The notes below the pieces were generated by a model. The model had not been told where the DNA came from. It ran no database searches and saw nothing but the letters and a program-made list of their open reading frames with translations. A program made the position numbers and the translations under genes. DNA of 64,000 nt, taken from Octopus sinensis (taxonomy: Eukaryota). Of this stretch, positions 26,131 through 41,577 are shown piece after piece (positions within the stretch are counted from its first letter, which is position 1; every line of letters begins with the position of its first letter). The DNA lies in contig NC_043009.1 in NCBI RefSeq assembly GCF_006345805.1, positions 30,566,001 through 30,630,000 on the forward strand, read 5' to 3'.

Positions 26131-27412
26131 TGTTGTATTTATGTATGTATAATGTTAGTTTTCATGTCACGTTCAGGATTACTCAATATGTTCTGTAACT
26201 TTTACGACTAAAAGGCTGACAGTGACTGTGATTAGCTTCTTCTTCGTCAAATTGACTGATGATGCCGAGCAAGTCGAAAATCTCAATCACTTTAAAACTC
26301 TTCCTCGTAGAGGTTAAGATGTACATATACACACAGGTATAATTATAGAGCAAAAGAGATTAAGCCAAAAAGAACACAAATTATATCGACACTCCAGAAT
26401 GAAGAAAAAGAGAGAACAAAAAGGCTTATTTTGTTTCGAGTATTCACATCACATCAGAAAGATAGGAAAGACAAGGGCAGAAACGAACGGAGAAGTTAAA
26501 ATAGAGAAATAAAAAAGTGGGTGTATCCAACCGTCACAGCATGGTCTCTGTACGTACGTACATTTGTATGTATGTATGTATGTATGTATGTATGTATGTA
26601 TGTATGAATGTATGTATGTATGTATGTATGTATGTATGTATGTATGTATGTATGTATGTATGTATCCATCTGTCTCTCTTACTCTCCCTCTCTCTCTATA
26701 TATATATACATACATACAGATAGATAAATAAATAGATAGACAGATAGAACGATCGATAAATAGATATGAGTATGTATATATAAATAGGTATGTATATGTA
26801 TGTGTATATACATATATAAATACAAATATATGTAAATATATACACATTTATATAAACATGCATATATACATACTACGTACATAAACAACGTACTTATATA
26901 GTTTAAAGATACAAGTTACAATAGTCTCTGGCTTTGGAGACACACGTCTAGGCAAGTATTTTACGCTGTTTGCAAATAAGGACGTTACTACAAGAGAAAC
27001 CATGAAAGAAAAAATAAAACGAGAAGATAGATGCAAAAAGAGGTAGGGTGAACACAAACTATTCTTTTTGCATTCCATTTCTGTTCAACCTTCCAATTTT
27101 GTATTTTCCTTCTCGTTATTTTTCGTGAATTCTCTTGTACCAGCGTCCTGATTTTCCAATCGAATAGACGATATACTAAGAGCCTGAGATGGCTCGGAGA
27201 CACAAGTTATGTTATAAAAGCCTGCCTAACCCAGTCTCTCCATAACATGAAAATATTAGTACCTTGTATCTATACTTTGTACAGTAAATGATATCTTGTC
27301 TCTCACTGGCTTAAGTACTTTTTTATTGATCTTACCTTAACGTAGAAGTATACTTACACGCACATATATGTACATATTTATATGTGTGTGTACATATAAA
27401 TATATGTATATG

Positions 27413-27443
<31 letters not shown>

Positions 27444-30202
27444 CTGTGTGTATGCTTGTGTGTGTGCGCATGCATCTGTGAACCAGGTCTTAACATTCTG
27501 GCGGCAGAATTATTGTATCCAACTTCGATCAAGATATCATTCGTGCAGTGTCTTCGCATTAAAACTCTTAGCTTTCATCTAAATCTTTAAAATCAATACT
27601 CAACATCGTTACTGACAATCTTACGTTCAATAATCGCAAAGAATATTTATTTATTTATTTATTTATTCATTTGTTGATAGTTCTAACTTTCTCTTATTAA
27701 TGACTGAACGAGAATTGAAAGATTCTTTGAACTTTCACCTTTTAAAGCAATATTTGAAGGATAACTGTTTTATTTACCCACGTATATACATATGCAGGCA
27801 GATATCTACTGCTCTTTCACGTTCCTGAAACTTTTCAGTGTGAGATTGTTAACAGATCATGAATGAACCTGCTACAACATGAAAAGGCAGAATCGATGTA
27901 ACGTAATCTTCGCCGTTACTTACGATCGAGTTAGACCTCGTAGAGTTTATCCCGTTTTCTATAACTATTTTAGGTGACAATGTGATTACAAGCAGATATC
28001 ATTCAACTACGGCAGCAGTTGAATAATATTCTTAAGACGACAATTTATTCACACGCAGCATCTTTCAGAGCTTGTCGCTAATTCAGTTCTTAACCAAACT
28101 GAAAGTTAAATTTTGGCATATAAAACTGAGATTTGATCCAGTAGAAAAAAGCTTACATCAAAATTTGTAGCAACGTTATAGGAGAGTAGGTAACGCCACC
28201 AACCATGTTTGGATATAAGTTACCTTTTTTTTAATTTTAAAAGAAAAATATATTTATCTTGACTTAAACGACAGAAGAAATGTAAGTTGTCAGGAAACCC
28301 ACACATGATTTGATTTGAGTGTTGAAGGCTTGTGTAGAACCGACCACACTTTCTGGAAGTGATGATAGCAAGAACAACATACCTCAGGTTTTTTTTATCA
28401 CAGGTTTCCATCTCTTAGACAAGCCGCTGTACACACACACATACTCACACACACACAGTAGAGCACTGGCAAAGTGCTCTATTCAACACTTCAAAACACA
28501 TTGACCGAACATACAGAAACGTGTGGTCAGACAATGTTTCTAATTTTTCTTTTCCCCAAACTACATGACACAAGTAAGGTTGGAAGAGAGGTAAATGAAA
28601 AACGTTTCATTAAATGTTCAAACCTGTTCTGAACGGAAATAACAATAACAACCAGTTAATGGAATGGACTAAAAAATATGTGTAACATATCAATATAAAC
28701 AAATTACAGAGTGAAATTAAAAAAACGATCGAAACCAACTAAGTTTGCTCACTCATAAAACCATTACATGTAAACTGCAAGCTAATTGGTTAAAATAAAG
28801 GCTGGATCTACGCCAGTATTATCAGTCTGCCCGACAAAATGACGTTTAAGCTGCATGCGGATTGGTCAAAACCGGTTTCGAACACTTCATCTTATCGGAG
28901 CCTTCTAAACGTCATTTCACTAAAGTTGTCAAGAACTCAACTGTCAGTGAATTACAATTTGAAATCTGATGATTAATATGAACGTATGAAAGCACTAATT
29001 GAACTTTATGAATATTACTAAATAATTTTTTTAATGTTTAAACACACTTCAACATTGTAAAGAATTTTATTTCAACATACATTACTAAACAAAGTGAAAC
29101 CAGACCATGTTGTAACTATATATATATATCTACATAGTCGATTGATTTCGCTTGTGCTACTCGTGACAAAGAAGTGTTACAATTTCATACTATCATAAAT
29201 GTATATTCCATGTTAGCAGGAGACACACACACACATATATTTACACACACACCCATACCTATATACATATTTGCAAATTATCATTCATCGTAAATATCGT
29301 ACATTTCTCGTTTTTTTATTGTGATGGTTGGTTTTATTTTTCTACGGAGAAACTCTGTTTAAACCTGTATTCTTAAAGTACATCAACGTAAAGAATATTG
29401 AAATTAGACTCATTGCATATTTTACACCAACATACACTTATATGCATATATATACATATATATACATATGTATATATATATATGTGTGTGTGTATGTATA
29501 TGTATATAAATATATGTATATATATATATATATATATGTGTGTATGTGTGTGTGCGTGTCTGTATATATATATATATGTCTCTATGTATATATGTATACA
29601 TGTTTCCATGCACAAACACAAATACGGATACACACATTCACACACACCCTTAAATAAAAGTACGTATTCCTGGAAGTATTTATCTATATATGCGTGTGTT
29701 TGCATGTCTCTATATATCACCACTACTTCAGCATTAGACTATAAGTTCTCTACCAAATGAACAAATGACACATTTTTTTAATATATTTTTGTACGTTGTC
29801 GCCTATATCTGGGTGACGTTCTCTAGATAGAAATGCAGAAAACTTCGTCGAGGATATCATTATCTCATTGAAAATCCCTAGTTATTTGCAGAGTAAATAA
29901 ATGGATGTTGCAAGGTTTATTACTTTTCCGAGACCATTAGCTGCATAAGTAAACTAAAAATGGCTCGAGGCAGAACTATACACGAGTGCTGGTTTCCTTT
30001 TATTCAATGGTTTGGCATCAACAGTAAGCAGTATCCAAATAGAAGCACACACATATGCAATGAATAAACATGAATATACACGTGAACGTAAGTATATCTG
30101 ATACAAGTACATCTGATATATGGATACATATATATGTATACACACACATGTATATATATATATATATATAAATATATAAATATATATATATCTGTATGTA
30201 TG

Positions 30203-30241
<39 letters not shown>

Positions 30242-32264
30242 ATGTATGTGTAATATGGGTTACTTTGAGAGTCATTCATATACGAATGATCGTAGCTGCA
30301 TGTAAAATATCTAATTGGATTGACATTGCCTTTTTAATCTGGTAGATCACTAAATCCATGGTCACTAACAGATATATCCAGAGCACAATGAATCACCATG
30401 GATTTTCTCGATGGAGAGAATTAATACATTAACGATGCATAGAATGTTTATCTAAAATATGAGGGAGATTATATTGATTAATGTAGTCAATGTTAGAACA
30501 GTGGATAAGAAAAGAGGTAAGTACTCTTTCAGGACCATAATGCTTTCGTATGTACAATGCGAAATAGTATGTACAAACTTTATGACACAAAGAATATTGT
30601 ATGAATGCTGATACAGCATATGCTTATGTGTGTGAGAGAGTATGTGGGTGCATTTGTTAGTGTATGCGCACGCGTACGTCTGCCCATTACAAACCGCTAA
30701 TTGCAAACTGCTGTTTATATTTATTTTATACATATATATATAGTCTCGAATTTTTGTGAATGTGTATAGAATAATATATCAGTTGAATAAAGTTAAAACA
30801 TGGCCTGGTTTTCACGTTTTTTATTATGGAATTTTAACATTAAAATATATATTTTGTAATGTTCATAAAGTTAAATTAGCGCTTTCATACATATTCAAAT
30901 GTGTTTAAGTGACAGTTGACTTCTTGACAACTTTAGTACCACTTAGAACTATATATATACATACACACACATTTTGATCAGTCTAATTCGCTTATCCCTT
31001 TATTACTCTCTCTCTCTCTCCCTCTCTGTACATATATATATATATATTATTATATTATATTATACAGCAGCGATAGCGGCAGTATTAATACAGAATGACT
31101 ATTCTAATTCACGTGGATGTATGTTTAAAACATCGCTATACTTCGGTGGTGACCTTGAGAAATCCTTACATGTAAACTTATATTGTTAAGAAGTACTGAC
31201 ATATCAGTAGCAGAGGCGAGATTGTCCAGTCGCAGCGATGGCACCACCAGAGCACATGATTTCAGCGTATTTGGACTCCATCAATTATAGGTATCCACTT
31301 ACCTCATGTTAGCCAAATGTCACTGCCAGCCAAATATAGAAAAAATTGTGACCTATCAAGTCACAGACGTCCCAAAGCAATGTATGAATCCTAAAGTTTA
31401 TTTATATATTTTTCATATAAAATAAGAGTTGTGTAACATGTGGCGTTGTTTGCTCTTTAAAAGAAGTGGAAAGTTTAAAAGAAACTCATATTTCTGGAAA
31501 ATCTTTGTATCGGTGTAAATTTAACGAATACATTTGGAAATATTTTCAAATTTTAGAAACAGGCATGTATATATCTTTTTTATCTACGCTTCGAAGTACG
31601 TGCTTCAAGTTATTACAAATGTGTTTAAATTATAAAGGCCGAGGCATCATTTCACCATTTCTTACTTGGATTTCCCCCATAAATGATCTGCAACATGTTG
31701 GGTGTATCTTAACAATTTCAGTGTTGATAAGTTGTAGCTAGGATTTGTACATGTGCCAATAAGGCATAATAAAATTGTCATAAGAAATTCAGAAAGGTCT
31801 ACAATATATTAGTTGAGAAATCTCTTATTTCACTACGGTACAAGTTCCCTGAATCTCACGTTTAAGCCGAGCTCAAAATACCTCAAACTATCTTTTTGAC
31901 TTTATGGAATTTCAGAGAGTCAACTAGAGAGTAATTATGCACGGCTAAGCTAGTGACGGATTGGGATCCCATTCAGAGGTATTTTTATTATATCAATTAT
32001 TCACAGACCATGGAAAGAAGGTAACCGGTCTGATGAATCCTATGACAGGATACACTTAATGTCAATTGGGTATGCATTGCCTGCTTCTTGCCCGCTGCTT
32101 TTTCATGTTTCTACACACATTATGATTTACAGCCATTTTCGTGATAACGGATGAGCAATACCTGCTGAAAAATGAGAGAATAGATAGTGAAAGAAGTTGC
32201 GTTGTTTGAAAGTATTATTCGCTTTAGCGATTGTCGATATTCAGACGTTGACTTTATGAGTAAA

Positions 32265-32515
32265 CTATCAGCTGATAAAAGCTTGTTCCGTCAAACAGAT
32301 TCAAAGGATAGATTTCCCGGATTTTCCGGTGTAGGTATTCACTCTTGGGCGGGACGCCATTCCTTGGAAGGAACACTTACTTTTGCCAGCTCAATGAACG
32401 GGAGTAAGGTGAAATGAAGTTTCTTGCCCAAAAACACAACGTCTCACTAGACCCAGGAATCGAAACCATAATCTTAAAGATTGAGTCAAACACCCCTAAT
32501 CACTAAACCACGTAA
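32265..32515 (-). mobile_element. Diverged tRNA-derived SINE
   Basis: Reverse complement has gtggtttagtgattagggg..ggtttcgattcctggg..gggcaagaaacttcatttcac. Confidence 0.7.
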
Positions 32516-32798
32516 CTCCGCAAACAACAAGTTAATGATGGCAGGTAACACCTTCCAATTCTTTTGAGCAACACATTTACACGTTGAATACATGGTTGTA
32601 TCTTGTGACTTGATAACTATTGGGGAACATATCTAGGAACTTAAGAGAGGTACCGCTTAAATTGAAACTTTCATATATATACGACCAGCATTTTCAAATA
32701 AATGTAGCTGTTGGCGCATGCATAAGTCCATGTGCTGACAGCATGAGTTCATGCGCCATACACACACACATATATATATATAAACATTTATATACACT

Positions 32799-32857
<59 letters not shown>

Positions 32858-33755
32858 CTATATAAATGTATATATAATATTGTGTATATAAATTCGTCTG
32901 CTGACAAAACACTACGTTGACTGTTGTATGCGTGTATATTGATATTACATTGATATAAATATAGAGAATTAGTGAATAAAGAATTATGTACAGTTGCTGT
33001 CATATATAACATCACATACACGCATACACACTAGTACATACACACTCACACATACATAGTGATCCTTTGCTGCATATACAGGTAGAAAACTGTATGTATA
33101 TTACTATCGTGTAGATAAACATGCATGGACACGCACATATAAATGCATATGTGCATATATTAATAAGTGAAAAACTCACCCTGAATACACACATGCACGC
33201 ATGCATACATACATACACGCCAATAGCACAAATAACCAAGCATGTTTTATAAACAGGTTATAATCAAGTATACACGGGACATGCATGCAATTTGCACGTC
33301 CATCCATAGGAAGGCTACGGTAAGAGATAAGCATCGGTAAAGAAAGAAAGAAACGAACAAAGACAAGAAATGAAGGCAAGAATAAGAGAAAGCGAGAGAA
33401 AGAGGGAAAAATATATAAAACAAGAATAAAGAAAATCAGTAAAGATGAAAGATAAAGAGAACTGGGAAGAGATTACGGATTAGTATTTGTAGAGGCTCAG
33501 GTAAAAATTTCCCATGTAAGATAATAGGAATAAATATAACAATTTTTTTTTTATCCAAACGTTCCCTTCCCATCTTCTTGCTACAATCATATTAGTTTTA
33601 ATTCTACTAATCCAAACAAAAGCGAATGTTTTTCCTGTCTTCGAGTATTTCTTTCATTCTTTTCTTTCTTTCTCTATTCCCTTAATCTAAATTCCTTCTC
33701 CCTTTCTCATAATTCTGTTTTGCTTCTGCTATACATACATACATACATACATACA

Positions 33756-33791
<36 letters not shown>

Positions 33792-34128
33792 TATAAATAT
33801 ATATTCCTATTACACAGGGAGTTTGGATGCATGTTTATTAAATATACGCATATGAACTTACAGTTTACAAACGCACGCGCAGTATCACCGTAATTATACT
33901 TCGTACACCTTGTCGCCAAATATACTAGCACATTCGAGCAGAATCACTGTTTTTACAAATGGATGTCTTGTGACGTAACTCTATGGTATTTTCCCTCTTA
34001 GAAGGATGAACTGCAGTTCAGAGACAATCAAACTCTGCGAGCAATAATCGATCTGTTCGCCACGTAAGAACAACTGAGTCGTGCCTCCACAAAATCTGTT
34101 TATACCGCAGTTGCAGGAAGTTTAAGCT

Positions 34129-34176
<48 letters not shown>

Positions 34177-34550
34177 ATATCGGCAATCCACCGGTGTCTT
34201 TGCTAAGGCTTACTTTAAGAATTAAAACATTAAGAAATTGTCGCAAAAAAAAGAAAATCACAATTTTCCTATATGAAAAGAAATGGTTTGAAAAATGGCA
34301 TAAAAGACAAAATCTAATGCATTTTGAATCCTTGTTTCTCAGAGATCTTTAATTGCTCGATACCTAGCATTAGGTGTTGTGGAAGACAGATCATAAGAAG
34401 AATATCGAACTTTTTGCAAGAATCACTGATTCTGTGAATGTTCTTCAAACTTCCATACATTAAATTTCACAAACACATCTTCACAATACAATGAGTATTC
34501 TTTACAATGCATTTCAGTCCTGAAATGCATTTTGAAAATTATCTATATTC

Positions 34551-34811
34551 TTGTAGTAAAGATTGTTTGCCAACATAACATGGCAGTCCTGGTTTAGGAC
34601 GAATATTGCTGTAATTTTACCCCAGGAGACATCGTCTTCAGCTGGCTATACGACACGATCTGTGTCCTTATATTTTCTAGATTCCCTCGTTCGAAAACAC
34701 AGATCATGTCGTATAACCAGCTGAAGACGATGTCTTCTGGAGCTAAATTACCTCAACATTAGTCCTAAACCAGGACTGCCATATTATGTTGGCAAACAAT
34801 CTTTACTACAA
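34551..34811. mobile_element. MITE-like fold-back (about 115-bp imperfect arms, about 31-bp spacer)
   Basis: ttgtagtaaagattgtttgccaacataa..gatctgtgt / acacagatc..ttatgttggcaaacaatctttactacaa. Confidence 0.8.
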
Positions 34812-34974
34812 AGTACTGTTGCTGAATATCTCACGTTGTGAAAGTTAAAAATAGTAATTTTCTAATCTATATTGTTGTTCACGTTATTTTTGTAATATTT
34901 TCAATTATTATTTATTTTTCTTTCTCCTTCTTATAATTCACTTTCGAGATTATTTTTTCATAATTCTGTATGAT

Positions 34975-35165
34975 GGTCAGCTGGCAGGATCATTAACACT
35001 CCGAGCAAAATACTTAGCGGAGCTGAAACTCGGCCGGGTTCGACTTTGTCTCTCATCTCTTCTGAGGTAAAAAAAAAACATGCACCATTTGATCCCTTGG
35101 GTGGTCAACATAATCGACATGCATCCTTCCACCGAAATTTATTTCCTTGTGCCACAGAGTTAAGC
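34975..35165 (+). mobile_element. Highly diverged SINE
   Basis: agctggcaggatcattaacactccgagcaaaatacttagcgg..gttcgactttg..gtggtcaacataatcgac. Confidence 0.55.
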
Positions 35166-35489
35166 TATAATTATTTCCCCCTATTTCTGAGTATTAAAAT
35201 AATGTAGGAAACTGAGAACGTAACTGTCACTGAAACTTTTCGGAGTAGATCGCTGAAATTTCAAGTTATTTCTTAGAAAGACTGTTCTGCTTCTGAAAGT
35301 TTGTTGTGTATTGGCCAGCAATATGCTAAAAGTACATCTGGTATATCTTCATTGACATTGTCGTTAATTTCATTAGTTTCTGCAGCGACATTGAAATCGG
35401 CACATAACGACGTCATCACTACAATTAATCTCATTATCTTCATCATCGTCATCATCGTCGTCGTCGTCGTTGTCATCATCATGACGTTT

Positions 35490-35800
35490 GGAAACATTTT
35501 TTCACGCTGTTTTGCTGAAGTATGTAACAAACTGCCGGCATCAGTTGTTAGTTGTCGGAGCACTGCATCCTTCAAAACTTCCATGCCTCCCGACATTCGC
35601 CAACACTACACCTGATTTTGATTTTCTCCCCTCCATGCACACACAGCCATGTATCTGACTCATACACTGTTCACTTTCCAGACATTTGTACATTATTGCA
35701 TATGCTTTATCTGCACTTTTGAGAAGTTGTGGTGGGCCTGAGCACTGTATACAATAATTTCATTATCATATTATTTTCATCATCATCATCATTCCGTCCT
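35490..35800 (+). mobile_element. CR1-clade LINE extreme 3' end
   Basis: FAEVCNKLPASVVSCRSTASFKTSMPPDIRQHYT* (cf. WNKLP..VV...S...FK), followed by a UTR and a (catt/att) tail. Confidence 0.75.
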
Positions 35801-37250
35801 CTCATTATCAGCAGCAGCATCACCACCACTACCATTGCCATTTACATACATTTCAGTGTCACATACATACATTTGTACTGGAACAGTTGAAAAAATTGCT
35901 TCAAAGTATTCTGTAATATACAATCTGTTATTTTTCCCAAATATTTGATGATTGGAACAAGTCTGAACACAATATGCTCGAACAAACGACTAAAACAAGC
36001 GCCCTAGTTAGGCGCTTGTATTTATCCAGTCATGCTAAATATTGTTCCGCTCTGTTTACGTGGATGAGCGTGTGGTGGGTGTGTATGCGTGACAGTGTAT
36101 GCGTGTGTGTCTGCGTGAAGGTTTTCCTGTTTAACGTAATTTTGTCTTTTGTATTGCGGCACAAAATCGATTATTGTTTTAAATTCTGGTATTCATCATA
36201 TCAGATTCTTACCATCGAACCGGTAATTTATGAGACGGTGAAAAGTAACATTGGGTGACAATTATTTAAACTCACACGCAAACATGCACAAGAAATACAC
36301 ACATACACATGAACTCACCACACGCACACATGTATATATGAATGTATGTATGGAAATATGTACGTGTATATATGTGTATGTTTGTGTTTGTGTGCATGTT
36401 TGTGCATATAGGTACTAATTTCGTGATATATTAGTTTCTTACATTTTGGTGGCTTGAACGGTAATTATTTCATAGTAAACTTTTAGAATGTCTTGCACAT
36501 TTTTACTCTTCCCTCTACAGACTGTAGTTTAAAATTTAGAAAAATATTTAAGGGTGTCTGTGATTGATAGTACAAGCGCAAATGTGTAAACAGAGTGGAT
36601 AAACAGCAGGATTTGAAGAATTCATACATAAGTATTGCATGCATGTGTGAATGTACGTTTGCATGTATGATGTATGAATGGATGGATGGATGGATGGATG
36701 GATGTACGACTGTGTGAGTATGTATGTGTTTGAGTGTATGTACCGGTCTTCTGCAGAGTGTGACACAGACATACAAGCTAGTTACAGAATAAGGAAAAGG
36801 GCTGTCGTGCTTTTGTATTGCTGCAAAATTGAAACTATCGACATAAAAGTGTACAACACAGTAATATATTTTAAAAACGAAACTTAATATACATATTTTT
36901 CATAAATTCAAGCAATCTTCGCTTGTAATTTCCCGATAAACGTGCATAATATCACTCCACTTCATGTTATTTATACTGTAGCACAGTATTTTCAATCTGA
37001 CTGCACTACTATGCAGCGTTACTAGCACAAAGTTCACATATATTATGCCATGGTGAAACGTTTCGCTTTCATTGGACCCTCAGCTTAGAATTTCAATTTA
37101 ATTTGCAGTGGTTTGGTAGCAGTGTTTACATTGCCTCCAGCCATATATACTTTCATCTGAAGACAATAGCCAAATGTGTGCACAAGCAAGCATAGAAAAA
37201 TGCGCACGTATGGAAGAGTTCATATCTGTTTCTGGTGTGTGTATTATATA

Positions 37251-37293
<43 letters not shown>

Positions 37294-37689
37294 ATATATG
37301 TATATATAGATATAGATATAGATATAGATATTATACTATACCATGTAATGTTATATATTATATATATTTATACACAGAGGGAATGAAGTGAGAAGAGAAA
37401 TTAGAGATAATTCATGACACCACGAAAAACCTTCATATTTCGCAGTTCAGTGAACAATCTAATGAGTTGAGGCGATCACATAGCAATCCTGTTTTGCCAG
37501 GAAATAGAAGGTGCGCCATTAAAGTCAATTGTCTGTCAACTGATTGGTAAAGGATAATTGATAAAAATGAAAAATTGATTACTGCATTAGTATTATCTTC
37601 ACTTGTTCTGTGTAGAATAGTTAATGGAGATTTATTTCCTGGTGGGAATAATTATCTACATTGTTAGGTATCTGTACATACCACTGCCG

Positions 37690-37730
37690 TTTATATGACT
37701 ATGTATGTGTGTGTATGTATGCATGCATGA

Positions 37731-37767
<37 letters not shown>

Positions 37768-37790
37768 ATATACACATATATGTATGTATG

Positions 37791-37854
<64 letters not shown>

Positions 37855-38240
37855 GTATGTATATATATATATATATATACTTGTATATATATATATGTAT
37901 ACATACATATATATATACACACATGAATATATACATATATATATATGTAAATATATATATTATTTATACAAATATATACATTTACATATATATGTGTGTG
38001 TGTGTGCGCGTGAAGGCATATGTATGTATGTATATACAGATATATTGAATATATATATGCGTGTACAGATATACGTATTGATTTACATACGCGACGGGCA
38101 TACATCTATTTATATATATGCGTGTGTATGTGTGTGCACGCATATCTTTATATAGATATATCTATATCTATATGAGTATATATATTTATGTATATATGTA
38201 TGTATATAAGTATGTATATGTGTTTATGTGTGTGTCTGTG
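37690..38240. repeat. Long compound (TA)n/(TATG)n/(TG)n microsatellite
   Basis: Directly visible. Confidence 0.95.
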
Positions 38241-40334
38241 TGTCTGTGTAAGTACGTACGATATATACACATGTGTAAAATGAATTTATTTAATAACACG
38301 AATTTTGTTCTGACAGACACAGTGCTATTAGCAAGAAAGTTTTGCTCCTATATGCTTGTTTAATTTGTCACATCTATAAAAAGGTAATTGTCACCTGTAC
38401 ACAATAGCTCACATTAATACCATCATTTATGAAATATTAATTACCTGTTGTCTGAGTGTTAACTCTCCAAATGTATACCTATGTCTACAGATAATTTATT
38501 TTATATTGATTATAACAAAGCAGTTTTAAACACAGAGTTTTAGTCTAATAATTCTTTTGAAAATAAATTATATGCTTATCATTTTTCTCTCTCTTGCAAT
38601 ATGGTCTTCATTAATGAGATTATACACTTTTTACGAGTTACCGTTATCAAATATTTCCAAACTCCGCTTTGCTACACATCCTCCGCCATAACTTTTCTCA
38701 ATAGAAAATGGCGATTATGGAAATATTGAATAAAAGCTGAAAATCACGTGGAGAAACTTCCAGCGAGACAATGAACGTATTTATTTGAGACTGAAGGAGA
38801 TCCGTATCACCTATGGCCGTTTTGTATGGCCTCGGAGACCAATGAAACTAAAGGAGGTGAAAAGAAAGTTTTCTACAGACAGTAGATCACTGCAAAATCC
38901 TCGCAATTAATGTATTCTTCGAAAGGTACGAAATACGGTGGTGGGAGAGTTAAACAAACCGATGCCATAATAGATGTCTGAAGTAAAGATGCATTAGAGA
39001 AAATTATGAACATTACGTAATCGAAATTCTCCACATAAATATTACGATCATTTAAGATTAATTCCAATGATGAGAACTTTTGACTAACCTACTTAAATAG
39101 AAAACTTGAAGTTTAAACATTCACCGCACTAGCAGAAAGTTGTTCATAGTTACATATATTGCATGCTAGAGAAGTAGACAGCATTAGCCAAAATGTCCGT
39201 AGACATATATAAACATTAGCTTTTTCAAAGTGAATTAATGCATTACAACGTCCGCAAATGTTTTGTTATTTACTTGACATAGATAACACTGTAGCCATTG
39301 GTGACGCTGATATTTTGTTGCGAGACCAGAAGCAAAGATACGTCTCGATATCAGAGATTCAACATGCAATACTTGAATAACTGATACTGTCAGAAGGTAT
39401 CAAGTCTCTCTATTTCAGTGGACAATTGCGAAAGAACTGCCCAGGGCCATAATAGGCATGTACATTATAAGACTTATTCATTATCGTCGCCGCCTTCATT
39501 TTTTTCGTTCATCTGCGTCATCGTCACCGTACTTATAAGTCAACATTATCGGCCTTCTCGTCATCATCATCATCATTTTCTATTTTCTCTTCTGCTCCCA
39601 ATGCAATACTGTTATTACCCTCACAGCAACCAATACAACCATCACCACCACCACCACCATCGCCACTACCGCCGCCATCAATGCTACTATTACCACTGCG
39701 ACTAATATACTTACTAATATTCTTTTTTTCTTTCTGTTCTCCTTTGAAGAGTATTATTATTATCATCATCCTCATCCACATCATCATCATCATTATCATC
39801 ACCATCATCAATAGTTCTATTTGTGCATCTTGCTTTTCTTGCACTACAAAACACAGATCTGTGTAACTTCGGTGAATGCATTGTTCTGGTTCCGGTCTGT
39901 ATTATGTTCCACTGAAATAATTCAGTATCAGAAATGCTCACCGCTTAGTTGTTATCTATCTTTTTCATTGCATATATTTGAATTCATGGGATTCTGGTTA
40001 CGCGTAAAATTTGTGTTTGCAAGTTTTTCTTCACTTTATCATTCCGAAGGCCCCTAAGTAATGTTTCGGTTTTTCAGCCTCCACGTAACGATATCACTGT
40101 TTCTCAGTTTTGATACTTTGAAAATAGTCGTATCTCGAAATCTTTCCTTGATGCATTATCGCCTCTTGAGTAATACTTCAGTTACATGTCCGTTTCTTTT
40201 CAGTTGGTCATTAGCAAAAAAAAATACTCTTGATTTTCCTGTATTTTGTGATTTGATGTATCTGAGAGAATAGGCCCTTGGTCAATCTGTGAAACCTTTA
40301 CATTTGTAAGCGTATTGTTTTATTCTTTTACTCG

Positions 40335-40510
40335 TTTCAGCCATTCAGCTGCGTCTTAACGTTCTGAGTTCAAATTCCACCGTGATCAAACTTTACTTTT
40401 CGTTCTTTCGGGGTCGATAAAATAACTACCACTTGTGCTGCAAAGTCGATGATATCAACGTACCCGCTTCCCCGAAATTGCTGGTAGCGTGCCAAAATTT
40501 GTAACCGGCG
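40335..40510 (+). mobile_element. Diverged SINE
   Basis: gttctgagttcaaattccacc..tttcggggtcgataaaataa..aaattgctgg..gtgccaaaatttg. Confidence 0.75.
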
Positions 40511-41310
40511 ACACTGAACAGATACGCTTTTTTTTACCATAAGAGGAAAATTTCTCGATGATAATTTGCCTTTTAACAGCTGAAATATGTCACAAGCATA
40601 TTTCAGCTAACCTAAACTTCGCTTATACCTAAACTCTACTTCCGGCTAATGCTACGATAATTTCCACTGGCACAAATTAGTCAATGTTATTGACTTTATT
40701 TTACAGCTTTATAAGATCTGTTCAAAGTTGTCTCTCTTAAGTATGTCTCATTGAAAATAGCTAAGGAGCTAGGAACATCGATGTCCGGGAATCCTGATAG
40801 ATATGGCATTTTAAAATCTTTTTATATCTTTTTATACCATAAGAGACAATTTTCTCTACGAGAACTGCAGTAAATTTGCCTTTTAGCAATTGAAATATAT
40901 CACAAGTTGAACTAACTTAAAATTTGTAAAATGATAACTCGAAATAACAATTTTCGAAGTTAAACATTACAGATATTATACAACACACACACAAATATAA
41001 TGTACATTCACAAATGATGTGTACGTGTGGTGTTTATAGTTCGCAGATGGCACCTCATGCGGAGCATTGATTCCAGGCGTTGTCTCAGACAAGCTTTGTC
41101 TTTAAACAACATAATAGAATGAACAAATTACGACATTCAAAGTATTATATTGATTGTGTAATAGACTCTCATATGAATTGTTCTACAGCTGTAAATGCTG
41201 CGAGATCAGGAATGCATAATTGTTCTACTTTGCATGTCATCGAACAAAGCCCGGCTCCAATTCTCACAATTCTCTTCTCGCCACGGCGCTCAATGAAAGG
41301 TATATATATG

Positions 41311-41350
<40 letters not shown>

Positions 41351-41422
41351 CATAAATATACGTGCATATGTATTTGTCTGTGTGAGTGTGTGCATGTATA
41401 CATATAGAGATTGACTGATATA

Positions 41423-41460
<38 letters not shown>

Positions 41461-41538
41461 CATATATGCAAATATACACACATAAATATACATGCATATG
41501 TGTTTGTCTGTGTGTGTGTATGTATGCATATAGAAATC

Positions 41539-41577
<39 letters not shown>

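Noticed and set aside
26255-26465. CTGATGA..GAAAA (+) and CTGATGT..GAAAC (-) strings
   Set aside because: No convincing stems I-III; at most unrecognisably decayed motifs.
31200-31300. RDCPVAAMAPPEHMISAYLDSI, faintly like a Penelope RT motif or a first exon
   Set aside because: The similarity is limited to a few residues and is not extended by the flanking frames.
34640-34735. CTGAAGA in both arms of the 34.5-kb fold-back
   Set aside because: No GAAA partner or stem II, so not a hammerhead.
38640-39067. Open frames on both strands (KITWRNFQRDNERIYLRLK.., FHWSPRPYK.., NDRNIYVENFDY..)
   Set aside because: Mutually incompatible, with no consistent splice signals or recognisable motif; possibly an old transposon remnant.
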